Shown in pieces: positions 57,037 through 64,000 of a DNA stretch of 64,000 bases (positions are counted from its first letter, which is position 1; each line of letters opens with the position of its first letter). The notes under the pieces are model-generated. The model saw only the letters and a list, made by a program, of their open reading frames with translations, searched no databases and had not been told where the DNA came from. Origin of the DNA: a virus. Lineage: Duplodnaviria > Caudoviricetes. Location of the stretch: IMG/VR virus record IMGVR_UViG_3300036827_000134, positions 22 through 64,021 of that record; one strand, written 5' to 3'. Position numbers and translations under genes: made by a program.

Positions 57037-57658
57037 CATCCTCGCTGGCGAAGACAGCGACCAGCGCACCGCCGCCGACGCCGCTTCGCATGGCCGGTCG
57101 ATTACCGGTTTTTCTGGCCGTCACAGCGAAGTGACCGACCGATTCGCCGCGCGCGAGGGGCTGTTCGGTGGCACTACGCTGAACCCGACTCCGCCTCCGG
57201 CACCAGCGTCAACCGAACCGCCGTCACCGGCGCAGAACGTCAACGACCCGATCATCCCGTGGGACGCGCCCGCCCGTCGTCGCGGTCCCGATACGTTCGT
57301 GCGCGAACCGTTTGGCGATGCCGAGCAGCAACTCGCCTATGCGCTGCGGCCGGGATACCGCCGCTATTGGTTCAATGACCGACCTGGCCGCATCAAACGC
57401 GCGATACAGGCCGGCTACGCGCACGTGGTCGACAGCGATACCGGTCAGCCCGTCGTCCGGACCACAGACGTGGTCGATGGACGCGGGCGTCAAAGCTACT
57501 TGATGGAACAACCAAACGAGTGGTATCAGCAGGATATGGCGAAGAACGCCAGACGACTTGCTGATCGCCTGAACGATATTCGCAACGGCCGGGCAGGACC
57601 CGGATCAGAAGACAGTCGATACATCCCACAGCAGGGTATCCGTATCGAAGGTCGCTGA
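57020..57658 (+). CDS. Conserved head-module protein
   Basis: RPGY..YWFND..GRI..A..AGY..V...YLME.P.EWY.QD. Confidence 0.7.
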   Translation: MMALRDILAGEDSDQRTAADAASHGRSITGFSGRHSEVTDRFAAREGLFGGTTLNPTPPPAPASTEPPSPAQNVNDPIIPWDAPARRRGPDTFVREPFGDAEQQLAYALRPGYRRYWFNDRPGRIKRAIQAGYAHVVDSDTGQPVVRTTDVVDGRGRQSYLMEQPNEWYQQDMAKNARRLADRLNDIRNGRAGPGSEDSRYIPQQGIRIEGR

Positions 57659-57780
57659 AGGCCCCCGCATAGCGGAGGGAAAGGGCAAGCAGCCCGACCG
57701 CCTAAAACCGTCCGCACAACGGCCCAGTGCAGGCCGATGCTGCTTTCCTTTATCCCGAACAATCTCAGGGGCTGCGACCC

Positions 57781-58392
57781 ATGGCCAACGCGAACACGCC
57801 GCGCGGCATCATTCCGTACGCCTACCGTTCCGGTGCGCCGTACAATGGAGCGGTGCGCACCTATTACGTTCCGGTGGGCAACGGTACCGCGCTCTATATC
57901 GGCGATCCGGTCATCCTGATCACCAACAGCGGCGACGGCAACGGCGTCCAGACCGTGGAGATCGCCACCGCCGGCAGCACCACGACCACCATCGGGGTTG
58001 CGATTCTCGGCGCCTTCATGGGCCGATCGAATAACGCCGGTCAGTCCGTCATTACGCTGCGTCAGGAACAGAACGTCTACCTCCCCGCGTCGACAGCGGC
58101 CTACGTGTACGTCTCCGACGATCCGACCTTGCTTTACGAGGTCCAGGAGGATTCGGTCGGTGGCGCACTCGCCTCCGGCGCTGCGGGCCGCAATGCCCCG
58201 CTCGTTGCTGGTGCCGGCTCGACCTTCACCAACTATTCCGGTTGGCAGCTGCAGTCGTCGAACCTCAACACGGCGGCGTACCAGATGCGCATCGTGGAAC
58301 TGCTGCAGCAGGCCGACAACGCCATCGGCGTCAATGCCAAGTGGCTCACGTACATCAACAACCACCCGTGGACACAGACCACCGGCATCTGA
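57781..58392 (+). CDS. Capsid decoration/cement protein
   Basis: MANANTPRG..P...IGDPV...YV.VSDDP...YEVQ; directly upstream of MCP. Confidence 0.7.
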   Translation: MANANTPRGIIPYAYRSGAPYNGAVRTYYVPVGNGTALYIGDPVILITNSGDGNGVQTVEIATAGSTTTTIGVAILGAFMGRSNNAGQSVITLRQEQNVYLPASTAAYVYVSDDPTLLYEVQEDSVGGALASGAAGRNAPLVAGAGSTFTNYSGWQLQSSNLNTAAYQMRIVELLQQADNAIGVNAKWLTYINNHPWTQTTGI

Positions 58393-58418
58393 TCGGCGCA
58401 GTCTGAGGAGAGCGACGT

Positions 58419-59327
58419 ATGGCAATCATAACTACGGGATCTCATCCTAAGGCTCTCTGGCCGGGCATTAAGGCATGGTGGGGACGGAGTTACTCCGAGC
58501 ACGTTCCGGAGTACCCGGACCTCTTCGAAATCGACACGTCCGACAAGGCGTACGAAGAGGAGCCGGAAATCACCGGTTTCGGCCTCGCGCCCGTCAAACC
58601 GCAGGGTTCGCAGATCTTCTACGACACCGAGGTGCAGGGGCCGGTCAGCCGTTACACGCACGTGGCGTATGCGCTCGGCTACATCGTCACCTTCGAAGAG
58701 TTGCGTGACGACCTCTACGAGGTGGTGTCGCGCCGCCGTGCGCAGCAGCTGGCGTTCTCGATGCGCCAGACGAAGGAGAACATCCTGGCGGCGGTCTACA
58801 ACCAGGGCTTCAACAGCAGCTTCCCCGGCGCCGACGGCCAGCAGCTGTTCTCCCCGGCGCATCCGACCCTGTCGGGCAGTCAGTCGAACCTACTGACGGT
58901 GGCAGCGGACATGTCGGAAACGGCGGTTGAGGATCTCTGCATCCAGATCATGCAGATGACCAACAACCGCGGGCTGAAGATCAGCGGCCTGCCGCAGAGC
59001 CTCAACCTGCCGCCGCAGCTGTGGTTCGACGGCAACCGGATCTATCACTCGGTGTTGCAGAACGACACCGCCAACAATGCGATCAACGTGCTGCGCGCCA
59101 CTGGTGCCTTCCCGAAAGGGATCAAGATCAACCACTACTTCTCGTCCGGCACGGCGTGGTTCATCCGCACGAATATCCCGCGTGGCATTCAGTACTTCGG
59201 GCGTGATGAGATAACCTTCGATCAAGACAATGATTTCGACACAAAGAACGCAAAAGCTGCGTGTTATGAACGGTACAGCGCCTTCTGGTCAGACTGGCGT
59301 GGAGCTTACGGGACCCCTGGGGTGTGA
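58419..59327 (+). CDS. Major capsid protein
   Basis: KALWPGI..W.G..Y, S.KAYEE....GFG.APVK..G..I.YD, RYTH..YALG...T.E...DDLY, W.DWRG.YG.PG; GAGGAG RBS. Confidence 0.9.
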   Translation: MAIITTGSHPKALWPGIKAWWGRSYSEHVPEYPDLFEIDTSDKAYEEEPEITGFGLAPVKPQGSQIFYDTEVQGPVSRYTHVAYALGYIVTFEELRDDLYEVVSRRRAQQLAFSMRQTKENILAAVYNQGFNSSFPGADGQQLFSPAHPTLSGSQSNLLTVAADMSETAVEDLCIQIMQMTNNRGLKISGLPQSLNLPPQLWFDGNRIYHSVLQNDTANNAINVLRATGAFPKGIKINHYFSSGTAWFIRTNIPRGIQYFGRDEITFDQDNDFDTKNAKAACYERYSAFWSDWRGAYGTPGV

Positions 59328-59354
59328 TATAAGTCCCATATGATACAAGGAACT

Positions 59355-59382
59355 GGCGCCAAATGGCGCCTTTTCTTTGTTT
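59355..59382 (+). terminator. Rho-independent terminator after MCP
   Basis: GGCGCC-AAAT-GGCGCC-TTTTCTTTGTTT. Confidence 0.65.
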
Positions 59383-59409
59383 GACACACATAATGCAATA
59401 TGGCATCCT
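59381..59409 (+). promoter_or_regulatory. Promoter for endonuclease VII gene
   Basis: TTGACA-N17-CATCCT. Confidence 0.5.
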
Positions 59410-59431
59410 TGGTCTCGAAAGGATGCTATTT

Positions 59432-60160
59432 ATGTTGTGTTCGAACTGTCAGGAAAGGCCAATTTTCGCGAAATCGGTATGCCAAAGGTGTTACTGGCGG
59501 CTACGTCGTACCGGCTCGCTCGAGCGCACCAATGTTCAGAACCTTGGGCGAACTTGTTCCGTCGAGGGATGCAGCAAGGCAGCTCACGCCAAAGGGATGT
59601 GCTCGACTCACTACGAGGACTCACGCCATCCGCTCAACCACCTGTGGCGCTTACTTCGGAGTCGAAATGTAGATGCCTATCCGTTCTCATGGAACCGCTT
59701 CGACTCTTTTTTGGCTGATGTGGGAGAGCGTCCCCACCCGCGTTCGCAGCTCCGTCGCATCAGAACAGACGAACCGTTCTCGAAAGACAACTTTCATTGG
59801 ACGGCGCCGATCAAAGTCGGACGGGATCATTTAAGCAAGAAAGGAAGAACTGTTTATAACAGAGAGCATCACTTGCAACGAAAGTTCAAAATCAGCGGGG
59901 AGGAATATGCGGCCCTACTGATCGCACAAGGCGGCGGTTGCGCAATATGCGGAGGCAAGGAGACTCATGCTTATCTGAGCGGCAAGGTCAAAGATCTTTC
60001 GGTTGATCACGACCACGCAACCAGCACAGTGCGCGGTCTTCTTTGTACGAACTGTAATCAGGGGATCGGACGCCTGCAGGATTCACCGAATCTGCTTCGC
60101 AGGGCCGCCGACTATCTTGACCGCCACAAAACTTGCGCGTCCGAGCCAAATTCCCCATAA
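59432..60160 (+). CDS. Endonuclease VII-family homing endonuclease
   Basis: Q.G.CAICG...LSVDHDH.T..VRGLLC..CN.GIG.L.D....L.RA..YL; zinc knuckles. Confidence 0.9.
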   Translation: MLCSNCQERPIFAKSVCQRCYWRLRRTGSLERTNVQNLGRTCSVEGCSKAAHAKGMCSTHYEDSRHPLNHLWRLLRSRNVDAYPFSWNRFDSFLADVGERPHPRSQLRRIRTDEPFSKDNFHWTAPIKVGRDHLSKKGRTVYNREHHLQRKFKISGEEYAALLIAQGGGCAICGGKETHAYLSGKVKDLSVDHDHATSTVRGLLCTNCNQGIGRLQDSPNLLRRAADYLDRHKTCASEPNSP

Positions 60161-60268
60161 CGACGCGTCACCGTAAGGAGCGCGTGGCACGGACCGGGGA
60201 TCGTCCTCGGTTGTCCCGGCGCCGCGCTCCCTGTGACTGCGGCATCCTCTTGGGGAAGGATTGTCGTT

Positions 60269-60454
60269 ATGGCTGAAAGTAAAGCAGAGCACCGCAAGGC
60301 TGGCAAAAAGGGCGAGCGGGCCGAACCGCGCGCCGCGAAGGCCAAGGGTGGTCGCGACTCGCACAAGCATCTCGAGCGCGCGGCCGAGGCGAAGCATGGC
60401 GGCAAGAAGGCCGGCCACATGCACCACCACCATCATCACCATCATCACCATTGA
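60269..60454 (+). CDS. 61-aa basic protein with C-terminal His10
   Basis: GGAAGGA RBS; ends GHMHHHHHHHHHH. Confidence 0.7.
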   Translation: MAESKAEHRKAGKKGERAEPRAAKAKGGRDSHKHLERAAEAKHGGKKAGHMHHHHHHHHHH

Positions 60455-60514
60455 TTGATTTGACCTGACGTTGCTGCGGCGTATCCTGGGCATCTCGCCA
60501 CAGGAGGCACCGCG

Positions 60515-60916
60515 GTGTTTATCGTTCGGATCAATCACAAGAACGGCCTTTACCTCGAGTTCCTGTTCCTGGATCCGGGTCGCGCCGAGGCCTGCGCCAA
60601 AACCTGCGCGGAGGCTCGGCTGCGCGGCAACTCTCATCCGCCCAAGGAGGCCAGTTGCGAGGTCCGCGACGATGCCGGCCGGCAAACCTGGCTTGACGGT
60701 TCGCAGATGAACACCGTCCAACTCGTCGCTCTCGAGGAAGAGGTGAAATTCAACACCCGGATGAAGGTGGTCGCCGACATCACTGCGCGGCAGTGGCTGC
60801 AGGACATGGGGTTGGCCGACCATCCGGCGGTCACCGACGGCGCGCCCAATGGCCGCAACGCACCAGCGCCGGAGCCGATCCACGAACTGCCGGCGATCGG
60901 CACGTTTTCCTCCTGA
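60515..60916 (+). CDS. Hypothetical protein
   Basis: AGGAGG RBS, GTG start. Confidence 0.6.
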   Translation: MFIVRINHKNGLYLEFLFLDPGRAEACAKTCAEARLRGNSHPPKEASCEVRDDAGRQTWLDGSQMNTVQLVALEEEVKFNTRMKVVADITARQWLQDMGLADHPAVTDGAPNGRNAPAPEPIHELPAIGTFSS

Positions 60917-61049
60917 CGGCATGATTGCGGGCGCTTGCCCGTTCTGCCATTTATGCGCGTATCGGCAAGGAGCCGGACTGCCAACCGTGTCCCAAGATGG
61001 TTGAGTCCCGGCGCACATCCGGGAGGCACATACCCGGAGCACCGCTGCT

Positions 61050-62030
61050 ATGCCGCGTTTCACCAATTATCCGAACGGCATCACCTCGCTTGGCATCCCG
61101 ACCTTCGGTACGGGCTTTCTGCCGCCGTTCACCGGCAACTATTTCTTTGTCCAGGAGACCACGACGGCAGGCGTCGCGGCCGGCGAGGGCACCGCGCAAA
61201 AGCCGTTCAACACGATCCAGCAGGCGCTGGCGCAATGCGTCTCCGGCAACAACGACGTCATCTTCCTGACCGGAACCGTCCATGTCACGGCGCCGATCGT
61301 ATGGAACCTGAACAACACGCATCTGATCGGCGTGTGCTCGCCGTTGAAGCGGGGCAAGAGGGCGCGCGTCTCGGTCAGCGGAGCAACACCGTTCTCCTAT
61401 CTGTTCGACGTGTCGGCGACCGGTTGTCTGTTTCAGAATTTCGGCACGTTTTACGGCTTCCCGACCACTGGCGCGACGACGCCGATCTGCTGGCACACCA
61501 CGGGCGGCCGGAATACCTACAACAACGTGGAGTTCCTCGGATTCGGAGACGCGACCGTCACCACCGGGACCGCCAACCAGACGGGCGCGCGTGCATTCCA
61601 AATGAACGGCAGCACCGGAGAGTCGACGTTCCGAAACTGCGTGTTTGGGGTCGATACGGTGCAGCGCGGCGCAGCGAATTATACTTTGGAGGTTGCCGGC
61701 GGAGCGCCACGCCTGACCTTCGAGAACTGCGATTTCGAGTCCGATCTGGCGGCTGGCGGATCGGCCAGCAGCCATGTGCTGATCGGCGCCGACGGCATTG
61801 ACCGTTACTGCAAATTCCAGAATTGCACCTTCATCAGCGACACACTGTCGGGCGGCACGGCGATGGCCCAGGCGTTCAATGTGAATGCGGCGGCGGGCGG
61901 CGTCGTCATGCTGGACTTCTGCACGTCGTTCGGCGTGACGGCATGGGAGACCTCGGCCAGCAACAGCGTTTTCAACAACATGATCATCCCGACAGCAAAT
62001 GGCACTGGCGGAAAGATGCTGGTGATCTAA
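61050..62030 (+). CDS. Head fibre/right-handed beta-helix protein
   Basis: TNYPNG..S.GIP N-terminus; G.G....PF.TI..A...C....DVI.L; F.NC.F repeats. Confidence 0.65.
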   Translation: MPRFTNYPNGITSLGIPTFGTGFLPPFTGNYFFVQETTTAGVAAGEGTAQKPFNTIQQALAQCVSGNNDVIFLTGTVHVTAPIVWNLNNTHLIGVCSPLKRGKRARVSVSGATPFSYLFDVSATGCLFQNFGTFYGFPTTGATTPICWHTTGGRNTYNNVEFLGFGDATVTTGTANQTGARAFQMNGSTGESTFRNCVFGVDTVQRGAANYTLEVAGGAPRLTFENCDFESDLAAGGSASSHVLIGADGIDRYCKFQNCTFISDTLSGGTAMAQAFNVNAAAGGVVMLDFCTSFGVTAWETSASNSVFNNMIIPTANGTGGKMLVI

Positions 62031-62031
62031 A

Positions 62032-62340
62032 ATGCGGCCGGTCACAGTCACCACGACGGATGCATCGGGGGGAACGAAAAATAGTTCCCCCATTCCGATG
62101 GACTATAATGCGTCCGTTGCATTCAACGTCGGGATCACCTGCATCGTCACGGGAAGCGTGACCTATTCGGTGCAGCATTCGAACGACAATTCGAACTGGA
62201 TCAACAACGCCAACATCGCCTCCGCAACCAGCAGCCTGGACACCAACTACATGTTTCCGGTGAAGTACATCCGGCTACAGCAAACGGCCGGCAGCGGTTC
62301 GGTGACGATGACGGTGATCCAAACCGGGCCGGCTCGATGA
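62032..62340 (+). CDS. Small beta-sandwich virion protein
   Basis: TYSVQH..D...NY.FPV..IRL....GSG.V..T.IQ.G. Confidence 0.6.
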   Translation: MRPVTVTTTDASGGTKNSSPIPMDYNASVAFNVGITCIVTGSVTYSVQHSNDNSNWINNANIASATSSLDTNYMFPVKYIRLQQTAGSGSVTMTVIQTGPAR

Positions 62341-63593
62341 GCGGCGGCGGTCTTTCTCTCCCCGGCGAAGGACTATCGCTTGTTCCCGGATCCAGCGGCA
62401 CCGGCGCGTGGAATGCTGGCACGGTCAATGCACTGAACACGCTGCAATTGGTCATAAATTCCGGTACGCTTTCATTCACGAACAATCCGACGGTTGCGGC
62501 GGAAACAATCGGTTCGATCACTGTGGGCGCTGCCTCTGGCGGTCCGATCGTCACCTCTGGATCGGGAGCGCCTGGCGCAACTTTACCTTCGGGTTCGCTT
62601 TATCTCCGCACCAACGGGACAACCGATACTCAGGCTTATCTTTCTGCCGGCGCAGGTGTTTGGACGGGTATCGCTACCCAGACCGAAGACGTTCAGATTT
62701 TCACCGGTTCCGGCACCTGGACCAAACCAGCCTGGGCGACGGCCAACAGCGAAACGCAGATTTTCGCGATCGGCGGCGGCGGCGGCGGCGGCGGCGGTTC
62801 GCAGCAAACCCTAGGAACCACCGGATCAGGCGGCGCAGCGGGCGGCGGCGGCGCGGCCCTGTCGGATGTTTTTCAAACGTCGGCGCTTGCTGCAACCGTG
62901 ACGGTAACGATTGCGGCAGGAGGGACCGCCGGGGCTGGCGGCAGTTCTGGCGCAGGCGGCAACGGTGGCGCGGGCGGTAATACCACGTTCGGCGCCATCC
63001 TGACCGCTTTCGGCGGCGGCGGCGGCGGCGGCGGCACCACAGCCGGTAATGCTGGCGGCGGCGCAAGTGGTGGGATTTTCGTTGCTGGCGCGTCTGGTGC
63101 TGGCGCTGCTGCGGGCGCGCAGAGTATCAGCCTTGCGTCTACGGGGGGAGGTAGCGCGGCAAATGGGGTTCAAAATCCTGTTTGCAATAATGCTTCGGGT
63201 TCGGGGGCCAGCCCCGCACAAGGCTTCGCGGGTTGGGGTGTCAACACGGTGGGAGGATCGGCGGGCGGCGGTCCACTGCTTATCGCAAGCGCAGGCAACG
63301 GAGCAATCGGTGGCGCGGCGATTGGCAGAAACGCCAGCGCAGGCGGATCGTCGGCGGCAACCGGAACCGCTGGCGCGGGAGGAAATGCCCTAGGCGATGG
63401 TGCTTTATTGGCTCACACTACCGGGGCTGCTGGTGGTGGCGGTAATTCCGGCGGCACAGGGGGCGCGGGCGGCACTGCTGGAGCGAATGCTTTTGGTGCT
63501 GGCGGTGGCGGTGGCGGTGCCGGGACGGTCGCGGGCGGTGCCGGCGGCGTCGGATGCCCAGGCTACTGCGTCGTGATCACGAGGGGTGTGTGA
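62337..63593 (+). CDS. Glycine-rich fibre/receptor-binding protein
   Basis: GSLYLRTNG, DVQIFTGSGTWTKP, IGGGGGGGGG, GYCVVIT. Confidence 0.8.
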   Translation: MSGGGLSLPGEGLSLVPGSSGTGAWNAGTVNALNTLQLVINSGTLSFTNNPTVAAETIGSITVGAASGGPIVTSGSGAPGATLPSGSLYLRTNGTTDTQAYLSAGAGVWTGIATQTEDVQIFTGSGTWTKPAWATANSETQIFAIGGGGGGGGGSQQTLGTTGSGGAAGGGGAALSDVFQTSALAATVTVTIAAGGTAGAGGSSGAGGNGGAGGNTTFGAILTAFGGGGGGGGTTAGNAGGGASGGIFVAGASGAGAAAGAQSISLASTGGGSAANGVQNPVCNNASGSGASPAQGFAGWGVNTVGGSAGGGPLLIASAGNGAIGGAAIGRNASAGGSSAATGTAGAGGNALGDGALLAHTTGAAGGGGNSGGTGGAGGTAGANAFGAGGGGGGAGTVAGGAGGVGCPGYCVVITRGV

Positions 63594-63904
63594 TGGCGGT
63601 TTATGTCCTCGTTGCCACTGTTCCTTGGCACGCACCTGACGGCACAACGCAGGCTCCAGGGACGGTTGCACAGCGAATTGTCTGGGATGGCGTGACGCCC
63701 TATGAGCCGCCCACGGGTTTTTCGATCCAACCTTGGACCAACCAGGTGCAATACGCACCGGTGTTTGCCCCTGATCCGCCATCTGCACAGAGCGTCCTTG
63801 CCGGCCTCTCGCTGGCGGAGGTCACCCAACTCAAAACGCAGGCTGACGCGGTGGTGGCAAATCCTGCTCAGCAACAAGCAAGCAACGCGTCGTCATTGAC
63901 TTAG
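63593..63904 (+). CDS. Putative fibre assembly chaperone
   Basis: V..RIVWDG...Y.PP motif following Gly-rich fibre; TGATG coupling. Confidence 0.5.
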   Translation: MAVYVLVATVPWHAPDGTTQAPGTVAQRIVWDGVTPYEPPTGFSIQPWTNQVQYAPVFAPDPPSAQSVLAGLSLAEVTQLKTQADAVVANPAQQQASNASSLT

Positions 63905-64000
63905 GAGCCAGGGCCATGGCTGACGACCGTCACTTTATTGGCGGAGATAACTATATTTTAGACGATATCTCAGGTTTTAAGATAAGAGCCTCCCGCGCGC
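63886..64000. repeat. Direct terminal repeat, right copy
   Basis: 114/115 identical to 1-115. Confidence 0.97.

Noticed and set aside
62770-63035. (GGC)n microsatellite-like runs
   Set aside because: Simply polyglycine codons of the fibre protein
1-64000. Diversity-generating retroelement, retron, CRISPR array, tRNA genes, integrase/att site
   Set aside because: I recognised no reverse transcriptase motifs, TR/VR pair, regularly spaced repeats, cloverleaf or tyrosine/serine catalytic recombinase by eye. tRNAscan and HMM searches were not run.

Overview
The window is essentially one complete, circularly permuted, GC-rich tailed-phage genome. The unit length is 63,885 bp: bases 63886-64000 repeat bases 1-115 with one mismatch. 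The architecture is podovirus-like. TerS, TerL, portal, GroES-like co-chaperonin, scaffold, major capsid protein, P22 gp4/gp10-like neck proteins, Gly-rich/beta-helix fibres, three ejection proteins and a spanin-type lysis cassette are on the + strand. A mostly leftward recombination/DNA-metabolism block (annealing protein, DEDDh exonuclease, N4/N6 methyltransferase, plus a rightward RuvC-like gene) and many small early genes occupy about 20-49 kb. A GcrA homologue points to an alphaproteobacterial host. I could not recognise an integrase, DNA polymerase, helicase, primase, reverse transcriptase, tRNA or CRISPR array. The most unusual signals are: (1) a ~500-nt, densely hairpinned + strand non-coding element at 33.0-33.5 kb, in a genome with almost no replication genes; (2) a split gp10-like tail gene whose second half starts with a circularly permuted SPRY domain; (3) one ~70-aa domain inserted into three different neck/tail proteins; (4) small basic/His-rich proteins that share short linear motifs (AHH[AP]PA, MAKHPGDxGxWNL) and one natural His10 tail; (5) a dispersed TTAACNGTTAA operator network; (6) an Acb2-like anti-CBASS sponge inside the head operon; (7) seven to eight homing endonucleases. 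All family assignments come from recognising motifs by eye, not from database searches.
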